Notes under the pieces: generated by a model
Database searches by the model: none
Seen by the model: the letters and a program-made list of their open reading frames with translations, nothing else
Told to the model about the DNA's origin: nothing
Origin: a virus
Taxonomy: Duplodnaviria > Caudoviricetes
Length of the DNA: 50,205 nt
Virus record (IMG/VR): IMGVR_UViG_3300005805_000125
Span: 1 to 50,205 of that record
Strand: one strand, 5' to 3'
Shown: piece after piece, positions 17,101 through 26,230 of the stretch
Position numbering within the stretch: the first letter of the stretch is position 1
Layout: the number at the start of each line of letters is the position of its first letter
Position numbers and translations under genes: made by a program

Positions 17101-19425
17101 TTAGGCAGCAATGCCATCAATGAACCGGTTAACCATCACTCGGTTAATTTGTTTCTTTTTGTTCATTTTCATAAACGCATTTTTTAACTTGTTTGCTGTA
17201 ACAGCACCAGTAACCGTCAATTCATCATCTTCAATATTCATTTCTGAACCACCGGGCATCATAAAGAATGCATCATAGCCGGGATTGAAAGATTCAAGGA
17301 ATTTTTCACTTTTCAGTTTCTTACTTAAAGTCTGAACAAATTCAGAACGGTAATATCGCCAATGTGTGTGTTGAAAATCTTCGGTACAAATCTGTTTAAT
17401 AGTACGACCTTTTTTATCGTAATATTTGTTTGCAATAGATTCTGATAATTTACGGCCAGTTTCAGTAACAAAGAAACCAAAAATCTTAGCACCAGTCACA
17501 GCACGGAACCAATCAAAAATTGCAACACGCAAACTATCATCAATATTGTAATGACTTTCATTGTAATGAAAATCAAGTTTTATTTGCAATTTGGAATTAC
17601 GGTCTTTAATGTAAATATTCTCAATACGAGCTTGAAACCGTTTTGCTTCAAATGGTGAACGGTCTGGATCTGTTTTCGGCACTTCACGAGATTTAACAAC
17701 AAAATCGGTAGTATCAGCATCACCATCATGTACAATTACCAAATTAACCAAATCAAGGTTGTTCACTTTACGGAATTGCTTTGTGATTGGTTCAAGAGCA
17801 ACCATAGCCTGAACTAAAGGAGTATTACCAAGTGTTTCAGTCAAAGGATGATTTCGGCGACCAATTGCATATGAAGTCTTTAAAGCAATCATGTTACGGA
17901 TGCAAGCATTAAACTCAGCACCACTCATTTTAGAATTCAAGTATTCTCGCAGGAAAACTGGTTGCAAGAACAAATCACCTTCTTCATAAGCAAAACCAGA
18001 TTGTGGTGCTTGGTCTTTGAAATCAAACTTACGAGCCGTTTGAGAATCACCGAAACCATACACAACAAATGGAATATTCACTTTGCGACAGAACATGGTG
18101 AGAACCAAAATCTGTTCAATAGAAGCATCCATATTGTTTCGCATGGAACCAGAACAATCAAGCAACAGAACCAAGCCATGTGATTTGCCTTTTGGCACTC
18201 GCATTAGTTTTTTGAAAATGTTATCTTCAACTTTATACTTGTAAAGTTTACCAATATCAATATCACCTGTGTTGGACACTTTGGCTTTTGCATATGAGCG
18301 AGCAGCTTTCTTCATTTCAAATTCTTTTGCAAGCAGACCAATGTACCGGTCATTTTTCAATTTGAATTCTTTTACTTTTGTGTTGTAATGAGCAACATCT
18401 GATGGCTCATTCTTGAAATAGAAATCATATAAATGCTGATGCACAACTTTAGCTGGTGTAACAATTTTTTCCAAATCTACTTGTGGAATTTTAGTGTAAA
18501 CAAACGGCCGGCATTTTTCATCAACAAGTTCTACTTCTTTGTTACGAAACGCTTCATCTGTGGTGCAAACAGGTTCAAAATTATCATCAACATTTGGCTT
18601 TGAATCTTTGACACGGTTTAAATTGGCACCTTGTTGGTCACCAGATTCACCTTCACCGTTTTCACCGTCACCATCACCATCTTCATCCGATTCTTCATCC
18701 AATTCTTCATCAGAATCACCAGATTTATCAGAACCTTCAGCATCACCATCTTCATCAGAGGGTGAAGTATCGTCAAAATCGTAATCTGAAGGATCCGAAT
18801 CGTTATCATCAAATTCAAATTCGCCGTTTGGATCAGGCAAGAAAAATTGTTGCTGTGTTTCAAATTGCTCATCTTTTGAATAACCGAAAACAACTTCAGT
18901 AACACGGAGAACATCGTCCCATGTTTCACAATTTTCTACATCATTCACCATTTTCACTTCTTCATCGGTGAAATTAATATACAATGTACCACCAGATTTG
19001 GTGTAAATGTTTAAACGGTCAATGAATGATAATTTGTTAACATCACGGGTTTTAATACCGAAAAAGTCACGGTCTAAAAGGCTTTGGTAACCACGAATGA
19101 AAGACTGGCGAATGCCAGGATATTTGCGTTTGATTTTCTTTTCAATACGGGCATCTTCTACAACATTCAAGAAGCCTTTGAAATTACGACCACGACCTGA
19201 GATAGCATCATGCCATCCTTCAGCCGGTGTATATCGTGCATGACCAACTTCATGGCCTAGCAACAGGTCATACAAATCGCCTGACATATCATTCCAGATG
19301 GGGCAATATAAAATACGGTTTATAGGATCAAACCTAGCCGTTGAGATTTTATCATGCACAATGGTTAGGTTTTCGGTGGCAAGTAATTTTGCCAACTGAG
19401 ATTTTGTTTCAACAGTAAATGTCAT
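17101..19425 (-). CDS. CobT-like protein: N-terminal HExxH domain, acidic linker, vWA domain
   Basis: HEVGH and NVVEDARIE; D/E-rich linker; MIDAS LLDCSGSM, GNTPL, HDGD; adjacent to the CobS-like ATPase. Confidence 0.82.
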   Translation of the reverse strand: MTFTVETKSQLAKLLATENLTIVHDKISTARFDPINRILYCPIWNDMSGDLYDLLLGHEVGHARYTPAEGWHDAISGRGRNFKGFLNVVEDARIEKKIKRKYPGIRQSFIRGYQSLLDRDFFGIKTRDVNKLSFIDRLNIYTKSGGTLYINFTDEEVKMVNDVENCETWDDVLRVTEVVFGYSKDEQFETQQQFFLPDPNGEFEFDDNDSDPSDYDFDDTSPSDEDGDAEGSDKSGDSDEELDEESDEDGDGDGENGEGESGDQQGANLNRVKDSKPNVDDNFEPVCTTDEAFRNKEVELVDEKCRPFVYTKIPQVDLEKIVTPAKVVHQHLYDFYFKNEPSDVAHYNTKVKEFKLKNDRYIGLLAKEFEMKKAARSYAKAKVSNTGDIDIGKLYKYKVEDNIFKKLMRVPKGKSHGLVLLLDCSGSMRNNMDASIEQILVLTMFCRKVNIPFVVYGFGDSQTARKFDFKDQAPQSGFAYEEGDLFLQPVFLREYLNSKMSGAEFNACIRNMIALKTSYAIGRRNHPLTETLGNTPLVQAMVALEPITKQFRKVNNLDLVNLVIVHDGDADTTDFVVKSREVPKTDPDRSPFEAKRFQARIENIYIKDRNSKLQIKLDFHYNESHYNIDDSLRVAIFDWFRAVTGAKIFGFFVTETGRKLSESIANKYYDKKGRTIKQICTEDFQHTHWRYYRSEFVQTLSKKLKSEKFLESFNPGYDAFFMMPGGSEMNIEDDELTVTGAVTANKLKNAFMKMNKKKQINRVMVNRFIDGIAA

Positions 19426-19453
19426 AGTACGCTTTTTCTCATTAGGAACAACC

Positions 19454-19482
19454 AGTATAACACAATCCTACTTGAATTGCAA
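19454..19482 (-). promoter_or_regulatory. Sigma70-type early promoter
   Basis: TTGCAA-17 nt-TATACT with extended -10. Confidence 0.7.
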
Positions 19483-19674
19483 GCTTTTTATATAGTCGGT
19501 AAGCTGTTGATTTAATTGAGGATTCTTACAGACTTCACTAAGGATATCTTTAATACCATGAGTTTGGAAGGCTTCTTGAACATCATGGACACAAGAAAAA
19601 TAGTGCATTTCCTGTTGTTCCAGCAATGTATGGGAATAATCTTCTGTGGGGGCGAATTGAAGTGTATCATTCAT
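19468..19674 (-). CDS. Hypothetical protein
   Basis: 68-aa ORF with strong AGGAGA RBS and its own promoter. Confidence 0.7.
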   Translation of the reverse strand: MNDTLQFAPTEDYSHTLLEQQEMHYFSCVHDVQEAFQTHGIKDILSEVCKNPQLNQQLTDYIKSLQFK

Positions 19675-19697
19675 GTATATCTCCTATCAATGCAACC

Positions 19698-19758
19698 AGT
19701 ATAACACAACTGGCCTATATGTCAAGGCAATAAAAAAGACTGTCGTTTTTATGCGACA
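19698..19758 (-). promoter_or_regulatory. Sigma70 promoter with upstream palindrome
   Basis: TTGACA-16 nt-TATACT; TGTCGCATAAAAACGACA at 19741-19758, followed by a T-run, so it could also terminate the upstream RNA. Confidence 0.7.
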
Positions 19759-19771
19759 GCCTTAGGGAAAG

Positions 19772-19837
19772 TGGAGCGGGGTTAGGGAATTAAACCATCT
19801 ATTTTTCTTGGGAGAAAAACTGTCTCAGACACCCCGC
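19772..19837 (-). ncRNA. Aberrant 66-nt tRNA-Gly-like RNA
   Basis: GCGGGGT GTCTGAGAC AG TTTTTC TCCCAA GAAAAA TAGATGG TTTAATT CCCTA ACCCCGC T CCA: perfect 7-bp acceptor stem, U73, encoded CCA, anticodon-like hairpin containing CCC/TCC, minimal D arm. Confidence 0.75.
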
Positions 19838-19896
19838 ATTTTTTACTTCATATAATTATATATGCTCTTTATCATCAAAATTGTGGGCATATATTA

Positions 19897-21219
19897 TTAT
19901 CTGCCTACTTGTGAAAGGTACTTATCTTTGGTCTGTTGCCAATCCATAAAAATAAGATCGTCATAAAATAAAGACTCATAGGAAACAGTATTTTTTTTCA
20001 CTAGTTGTTTGATACGACCTTTAGCGTGTTTGTTCTTCCAAATGTCAACCAATGATTCGTAGCTAGTATCAAATGATTTCACTAAGGCATCTTCTTTGAT
20101 TTCACCACGGAGAAACTCATAGCTGTTGTTGTACAAAGGACTAAAGTAAATACCACGAGCATGGTCTGTACGAATGATATCTTTAGGCACACCAAGTTTA
20201 GTGTAAGTGAATGCTAGTGAACGATTCTTATGGTCCCGCTTATGTGGTTGACCAGAAGGTTTCTTTGCAACATACCATTCAAAATACTTACGAGTATGTT
20301 TAGCTTTCAACCACTCACGAATCAAGTAACGAGTATCTCTTCCGGGTTCAAACGACACAGAACCTGCTGTGAATCCCATCTTCTGCCAATGGTCAAGGTT
20401 ATCATATTGTGATAAACCATTCAACTTGGTTTTACCATACAATGATGTTGTTGTTACACCAATCAAAGTATCACCGTATTGTTTCTTCCATAAATTCTGC
20501 ACTTCATCAGATAGGCACAACAAGGCTAGTAGTTTACCACCAACATAATTGTAACCTAATGGTTGGAATGGAACAATAGTAGAACCAATCGCAGTATGGT
20601 TAATCATACCACCTTGAGTTTTCAATTCTCTTGGCCAACCAATAACCTCATCACGAGGAGTTAAATCAAGAAAGTCGGATGAAATACAAATAACTCCAAG
20701 ATACTTACCTGACTTATCATCTTTAACAAAGAAATTAAGATTACGGCCGATATTGGAATTATTCTTCATTGTTGAAATGAAATTACGAGCTGTGTTCCAT
20801 TTCTCAGGCAACTCTTTACTTCGTTTCATGTCAACTTGGATGTCAGAGCCATCAACACCTTTGGCGGACATTACACCAGAATCATCTGTATATTCCAAAA
20901 CAGGCTGAAGATTTAGATAGTCATCATGTGATGTTGGAACCCAAATGTTGTTCTTCACAGAATCAACTATGATTTGCTGCTTTGGGTCAAGAAGTTGGAC
21001 TTCTTCTCCAAATAAAGTTTGATTCACAACAGTCGGATATTTTTCATGTACTTCACACCACTTCTGGTACAAAGTATATTCTTTTACATCCATTTGTGAA
21101 ACATAAGCTAAATCACTAATAGTTTTTTCTTTCAATTCACCATCATCTATATCCATGAATGAAGAGGCAGGATTCTCATCTTGCCACTTAATCCATTGGG
21201 TTTCAATATCATCAATCAT
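19897..21219 (-). CDS. DUF4338/DruA-like protein, putative GNAT-like fold (paralog 2)
   Basis: IGRNLNF, GSTIVPFQPLGYNYVGGKLLALL, VTTTSLYG...SQYD, GFTAG, HARGIY. Confidence 0.65.
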   Translation of the reverse strand: MIDDIETQWIKWQDENPASSFMDIDDGELKEKTISDLAYVSQMDVKEYTLYQKWCEVHEKYPTVVNQTLFGEEVQLLDPKQQIIVDSVKNNIWVPTSHDDYLNLQPVLEYTDDSGVMSAKGVDGSDIQVDMKRSKELPEKWNTARNFISTMKNNSNIGRNLNFFVKDDKSGKYLGVICISSDFLDLTPRDEVIGWPRELKTQGGMINHTAIGSTIVPFQPLGYNYVGGKLLALLCLSDEVQNLWKKQYGDTLIGVTTTSLYGKTKLNGLSQYDNLDHWQKMGFTAGSVSFEPGRDTRYLIREWLKAKHTRKYFEWYVAKKPSGQPHKRDHKNRSLAFTYTKLGVPKDIIRTDHARGIYFSPLYNNSYEFLRGEIKEDALVKSFDTSYESLVDIWKNKHAKGRIKQLVKKNTVSYESLFYDDLIFMDWQQTKDKYLSQVGR

Positions 21220-21788
21220 CTAGATAGTCTTTTAATTTTCTTAATAAGTTTTTGTTGTTTCTGTTTGGCCAATTGTAACATAACTGGACCTGCATAAGAG
21301 GTAAACTTAATACCATTCATGTGATCTAGTTCGTGTTGGTAACAACGAGCAGTCAACCCTTCCATCTTAACATTGTGTATTTTGCCATTTTCATCATAGT
21401 ATTCAGCTATGATCCAATCCGACCTTTTTACTTTAAGTGACATACCAGGAAAAGATAAACAACCTTCAGCATCTTTTATCATTTCTTCCGATTGTTCTAC
21501 AATTTTAGGGTTAATACAAACTAGCTGAAAGTGTTCTGTGCCAATAACAAAAACTCTTTCAAATAATCCACATTGATTTGCTGATAGTCCCATTCCGTTG
21601 TGAAGCTTCATGGTCATCTTTAATCTTTTTACTGTTTTAATGATATTAGGATTTGGTAAATTTCTAATATCATATTCAGGAATCATTCTTGATAGCATAG
21701 GATGATTATCATCATATAAAGTAAGAGGCATTATTTCTTCTTCTTTTACAATATCTTCTTCAGTGTTAAATGTTAGAACTGTTGACAT
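21216..21788 (-). CDS. def: Peptide deformylase
   Basis: GLSANQ, EGCLS and QHELDH, the three PDF motifs; likely start MSTVLT at 21788. Confidence 0.95.
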   Translation of the reverse strand: MSTVLTFNTEEDIVKEEEIMPLTLYDDNHPMLSRMIPEYDIRNLPNPNIIKTVKRLKMTMKLHNGMGLSANQCGLFERVFVIGTEHFQLVCINPKIVEQSEEMIKDAEGCLSFPGMSLKVKRSDWIIAEYYDENGKIHNVKMEGLTARCYQHELDHMNGIKFTSYAGPVMLQLAKQKQQKLIKKIKRLSR

Positions 21789-21790
21789 TT

Positions 21791-21985
21791 TTACACCCCT
21801 ACCCAATCTTCAGCTGAATCTTGTGCATCTTCCAAATCATCAAAGAATTTAGCTTCATTAAAATCATCTTCTGCTCGGTAAAATAAAACCATATAACGAT
21901 CCCTGTCTTTTTCCGTTTTGTATACTTGTGATGTTTTATTAGCAAAACCATCAAAATATTCACTCAATTTTACAAACTCATTCAT
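21791..21985 (-). CDS. Hypothetical protein
   Basis: 64-aa ORF translationally coupled to the gp46 stop. Confidence 0.65.
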   Translation of the reverse strand: MNEFVKLSEYFDGFANKTSQVYKTEKDRDRYMVLFYRAEDDFNEAKFFDDLEDAQDSAEDWVGV

Positions 21986-23694
21986 CTCATTATCCTTGAA
22001 AAATTATTAGCTTTCTCAAAACGAATTACTGACCTAAACTTATCTTGCAGTATATCGCCTTTATGACTAATAACAAACACATTAGTACCTTCCAACATAT
22101 GTAAAATATTCATTAGATACTCGGTACCATTTGCATCTAATGACGAATCAAACACTTCATCTAAAATCAAAAGATTGGTGTTTGCAGAATTCTTCAGTTT
22201 AGCTACTGCACGCCAACTAAACAACAATGCCAAATCAATCTTCTGTTTCTCACCTTCACTAAAACTGGCATAGGTAAATTCATCACGATGCCTAGATTTA
22301 ATTGTTTCTTTAAACGATTCATCAAGGTTAAAATTAACAAAGAAATCAAATGATGCTAGATACTTGTTTACCAGTTTGTTGATGATTGGCAGGTACTGTT
22401 TGATAATCTTGGTTTTAATACCAGTATCATTTAATAATCCTGCGGCTATATCGTAGTAAACCTTTTCATCAATCAGCTCTTTTAATTCTGTTTTAAGTGT
22501 ATTAAGATTATCTTCCAATACTTTCAATTCACCAGATGAATCTTCCGTGTTAGCTTTGGAAGATTTCAATTCATCAATCTGTTTTTCAATCTTCTTAATA
22601 TACTTATTAGTCTCTGTAATGGAAGTATTGTTTGTTGCAATTTTAATTTGAAGTGCTTGTATTTTCTTTTGTACTTCAGAGATAACATTAAGTTTAGCTT
22701 GTTCTTCTAGAAGTTTTTCTTCTAGTTTACTTAGACCATGGGTACACTCACCAACCTTTAAGGAAAGTGAATGTAATTCCTCTTCCTTAAACCCCAAGGC
22801 AATGGCCTGCCGACACGTTGGACAATTATCATTGCCTTGAAAGAAATTGATATCTCTTTGAAATTTGGATAAGTTGCTTTCAATCTGAGATTCAAGTTTC
22901 GTAAGCTTCTTGACTTTAGATTCTGTCTCAGTTTTAGATGCAATCGCCAATTGGTGCCGCTCGACTTCGGTCGTATAGGACTCAATCTCTCCTGATAGGG
23001 TGGATATAACAATATTACTGCTGTTGATATCGTTGCCGTATTCAGCAATCTTATCATCATTGTTTTGTTTGAGTTCATCAATATGTTTCTTCTGTAGTTC
23101 GTATTTCTGTTCACTCAATTGAATTTCATATTTCTTAGAGGAGGTTAAGTCTTTATTGTTCTGAACCTTATCTTTTAAAACAGAATTCATTGCTGAAAAG
23201 ATTTGAATGTCCAATAAATCTTCAATAATTTCTCTACGATCACCAGGCTTTAATTGCATGAATGGTGTGAATGATGCTGAACCAAGAATAACAATCTGTG
23301 TGAACGACTTATAGTTTAACTTCAAAATAAACTTTTCAAGGTATTCTTGGTAATCACGGACTGCGGCTTCTTGATTAATCATTACACCATCACACCAGAT
23401 TTCAAACACATTTGGTTTGATACCACGAACAATCTTATATGATTTATTACCTGTATCAAACTCAACTTCAACGATACAATCTTTACCATTAATGCTGTTC
23501 AACAATTGTGGTTTGTTCACCGAACGGAATGGTTTACCAAACAAGGCAAAACACAACGCATCAAGCATCGTAGATTTACCTGCACCATTTGAACCGATGA
23601 TTAATGTGTTTGGAGACTTATCAAATTGTAATTCGGTGAAATAGTTACCGGTACTTAAAAAGTTTTTATATTTAATCTTACGAAATATAATCAT
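21982..23694 (-). CDS. gp46: Recombination endonuclease ATPase subunit (T4 gp46, Rad50/SbcC-like)
   Basis: GSNGAGKST, CPTC zinc hook, FSEGEK signature, LDEVFD, ISH. Confidence 0.96.
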   Translation of the reverse strand: MIIFRKIKYKNFLSTGNYFTELQFDKSPNTLIIGSNGAGKSTMLDALCFALFGKPFRSVNKPQLLNSINGKDCIVEVEFDTGNKSYKIVRGIKPNVFEIWCDGVMINQEAAVRDYQEYLEKFILKLNYKSFTQIVILGSASFTPFMQLKPGDRREIIEDLLDIQIFSAMNSVLKDKVQNNKDLTSSKKYEIQLSEQKYELQKKHIDELKQNNDDKIAEYGNDINSSNIVISTLSGEIESYTTEVERHQLAIASKTETESKVKKLTKLESQIESNLSKFQRDINFFQGNDNCPTCRQAIALGFKEEELHSLSLKVGECTHGLSKLEEKLLEEQAKLNVISEVQKKIQALQIKIATNNTSITETNKYIKKIEKQIDELKSSKANTEDSSGELKVLEDNLNTLKTELKELIDEKVYYDIAAGLLNDTGIKTKIIKQYLPIINKLVNKYLASFDFFVNFNLDESFKETIKSRHRDEFTYASFSEGEKQKIDLALLFSWRAVAKLKNSANTNLLILDEVFDSSLDANGTEYLMNILHMLEGTNVFVISHKGDILQDKFRSVIRFEKANNFSRIMR

Positions 23695-24758
23695 TCTGTT
23701 TCAGTATTCAAAGCTTCAATATAAAGTTCTTTCATTAATGATTTCAATTTAATGTTGCTCGCATTTATTGATATATTATCAATATGTTTGTTTAAAATTG
23801 TAATGGTATCTTCAGCTTGATTTATTAAATCTTGATCATTCTCAATAATAGTTTCTGTAAAATCTTCAACAATAGCTAAATTACTAACGCCACATTTATA
23901 AAGATTATCAATCACACTATCAAATAGATACGGGTTTTGTTTATTTAAAACCACAACCTTAACATAGGAATCTTTGTATGTTGAGTAATCATGTTTTTTC
24001 CAAAATTCAAAATCGGTGTTAGAATCATCATAGGTAATCTTATGAAATATTCTATTCGGATTTAATACAAACTCCAATTCCCTTGTTTGTGTGTCAAAAA
24101 TATGAAATCCTCTTTCATCATTATAATCTGCCCATGTCATTTCACCTGGCGTTCCTACATAAGTAATTTGCCCATCAGTTGATTTGTGATGAAAATGGCC
24201 ACTCAATACAACATCATATCTCTTTAATATGTTTTTGTCAAGCCCTTCGTGACAAACATTACCACGATCCATTTCAAAACCAGCTATCTCAAAATGCCCA
24301 AAACAAATTTGTGACTTAGAATTTTTAATGAATTCAATTATTCCTTCTTCATTATCGGAACATATCCAAGGGATAACATCAACGTCAACACCATCAAATA
24401 CCATTTTAATTGGCTCATCAATCACGGTAATGTTATCATAATCATTTAATAACATCTGAGAAGAATTGACACTCAATATATTTTTAAAATAGATATCATG
24501 GTTACCAATGATAGTATAGAATTGTATGTTATGTTTTTTTAGTTTATCAAAAAAATATTCTCTAGCTAGATAGAGTGTGTTAAAATTAATAAACTTCCTA
24601 CGATCAAACAGATCACCCATCTGAAGCACGGTCGTTATATTATTTTCAATTAGATATGGAAAAAATGTTTCTTCATAAAATTTCTTATAATGATTGTGAA
24701 ATTCTAATGAGTCTCCACGCATTCCAAAATGTGTGTCACCTAAGATACAAATTTTCAT
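23691..24758 (-). CDS. gp47: Recombination endonuclease nuclease subunit (T4 gp47, Mre11/SbcD-like)
   Basis: GDTHFG, GDLFDRR, GNHD, GHFE, SGHFH. Confidence 0.95.
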   Translation of the reverse strand: MKICILGDTHFGMRGDSLEFHNHYKKFYEETFFPYLIENNITTVLQMGDLFDRRKFINFNTLYLAREYFFDKLKKHNIQFYTIIGNHDIYFKNILSVNSSQMLLNDYDNITVIDEPIKMVFDGVDVDVIPWICSDNEEGIIEFIKNSKSQICFGHFEIAGFEMDRGNVCHEGLDKNILKRYDVVLSGHFHHKSTDGQITYVGTPGEMTWADYNDERGFHIFDTQTRELEFVLNPNRIFHKITYDDSNTDFEFWKKHDYSTYKDSYVKVVVLNKQNPYLFDSVIDNLYKCGVSNLAIVEDFTETIIENDQDLINQAEDTITILNKHIDNISINASNIKLKSLMKELYIEALNTETE

Positions 24759-25306
24759 TTTTCATCATCTTCATCAATTTCTTCTTCAACAAAAAGTTCA
24801 AGGCCTTTTGCCTTAACTTTCTTTTTTGCATCTTTTGTTTTTTCATATGTTTCAATAAACTCAGCAATGTTATCATACATTTGAAATTGTTGCATTTTGC
24901 CATGTTCATCTTCATACATCTCACCTTCATTCAACAATCCAAATTGCTGTGTGGCTTTATACTTAACATATAATTGTTTCTTTTCTTTTTGAATTCTACG
25001 CAAAAAAGCAAAGTAAATAATTTGAGTAAAGTATGCAAACGGGTTCTTTGATTTATCAGGATCAAAATTTCTAAAGTATTGAATACAATTTTCAATACCA
25101 TCACAAATCATTTCATCACGGAATGAATAAGATACAAAGTTTGGTTTACGAGATAAGTGTTCTGCAATTTTCAGAAAACATTCACCAACATAATTAGGGA
25201 TAGGAGGATCTTCTTTATTAAGTTCTTTGGCCTTTGCACACCTATCGTGATAGTCAACTAGTGCAACAAGAAAATCTCCGTTGTTAATGTAATGTTTTTT
25301 ACTCAT
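24755..25306 (-). CDS. gp55: Late transcription sigma factor (T4 gp55)
   Basis: HYINN, KIAEHLSRKPNF, NPFAYFTQIIYFAFLRRIQKEKKQ. Confidence 0.96.
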   Translation of the reverse strand: MSKKHYINNGDFLVALVDYHDRCAKAKELNKEDPPIPNYVGECFLKIAEHLSRKPNFVSYSFRDEMICDGIENCIQYFRNFDPDKSKNPFAYFTQIIYFAFLRRIQKEKKQLYVKYKATQQFGLLNEGEMYEDEHGKMQQFQMYDNIAEFIETYEKTKDAKKKVKAKGLELFVEEEIDEDDEK

Positions 25307-26229
25307 ACATTACCATATTTCGTATTCTTAATCATACGATATCCTTTAACCAGTTCTGATATACCAAAATTTAAATTGTGTTTAGTTTTAAAACCGGTGT
25401 TTTCAATTTTTTGATTAGACACAATGTAATTTCTTTGATCTGGATCTTTACCAATTTCAGCTTCAATAAATGTAAATGTTGGAACATATTGTTTAATTGC
25501 TTCACAGAGTTCCCATTTAGACACATTAGCTTCAGACAAACCAACATTATAAATGTTGCCTTTCATATCACTAAAATTGTTTATAGCATGGCCAAAAGCA
25601 TTAACAACATCACGCACATGAACATAGTTGCGTTTGAAATGGCTTTCAAATAAAATAACAAAACCATCTTTAACAGCACGATGAACAAAATCATTAACAA
25701 GTAAATCAATACGCATACGAGGTGACATACCAAAAACAGTTGCTAATCTATAACTAATCGCATTTGAATGTTCCATCAATTCTTTTTCAATGATTACTTT
25801 ATCAATAGCATATTTTGAAATTGGATTCAATGGTGATTCTTCTGTGCAAAACTCACCGGTTCCGTATGCGCTATTAGTCGTAGGCATAATAACAATTTGA
25901 TCCTTATCTAACTTCTTCAACATTGTCTGGATAGCTTGTACATTAGTTGTATCAGCTCCAACCGGATCTTGTTTGCAAATTGGTGCACCAACTAATGCCG
26001 CAAGAGGTATAATAATATCAGCATCTTTCAACAGAAAGTTAATATCAGATTCAACTCGCACATCGCCTTTGTAAACATTGAATTTTGGGTTACCGCATAA
26101 ATGATTTAAGCTGGTTTGATCATACATAAAATTATCAAGCACTGTAACATTATGATTAGAATTCAATAACTCAGGTACAAGCATTGATCCAATATAACCT
26201 GCACCTCCTGTAACTAATATATTAGCCAT
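25303..26229 (-). CDS. NAD-dependent nucleotide-sugar epimerase/dehydratase/reductase (extended SDR)
   Basis: TGGAGYIG, LAALVG, YAIDK (YxxxK), RNYVHVRD. Confidence 0.9.
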   Translation of the reverse strand: MANILVTGGAGYIGSMLVPELLNSNHNVTVLDNFMYDQTSLNHLCGNPKFNVYKGDVRVESDINFLLKDADIIIPLAALVGAPICKQDPVGADTTNVQAIQTMLKKLDKDQIVIMPTTNSAYGTGEFCTEESPLNPISKYAIDKVIIEKELMEHSNAISYRLATVFGMSPRMRIDLLVNDFVHRAVKDGFVILFESHFKRNYVHVRDVVNAFGHAINNFSDMKGNIYNVGLSEANVSKWELCEAIKQYVPTFTFIEAEIGKDPDQRNYIVSNQKIENTGFKTKHNLNFGISELVKGYRMIKNTKYGNV

Positions 26230-26230
26230 T

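Noticed and set aside
18600-18850. Low-complexity tca/tcc-rich tract as a DNA repeat element
   Set aside because: It encodes the Asp/Glu/Gly-rich linker of the CobT-like protein.
19740-19759. LexA/SOS box
   Set aside because: Spacing is CTGT-N12-ACAG, not the CTGT-N8-ACAG of proteobacterial LexA.
19772-19837. Calling this a standard tRNA-Gly(CCC) or an integration site
   Set aside because: It lacks a normal D arm, a 7-nt anticodon loop and the TTC T-loop; there is no integrase or duplicated 3' end in the window.
453-21219. A complete Druantia defence system
   Set aside because: No DruE-like large helicase or other Dru genes; the DUF4338-like genes are solitary within phage core operons.
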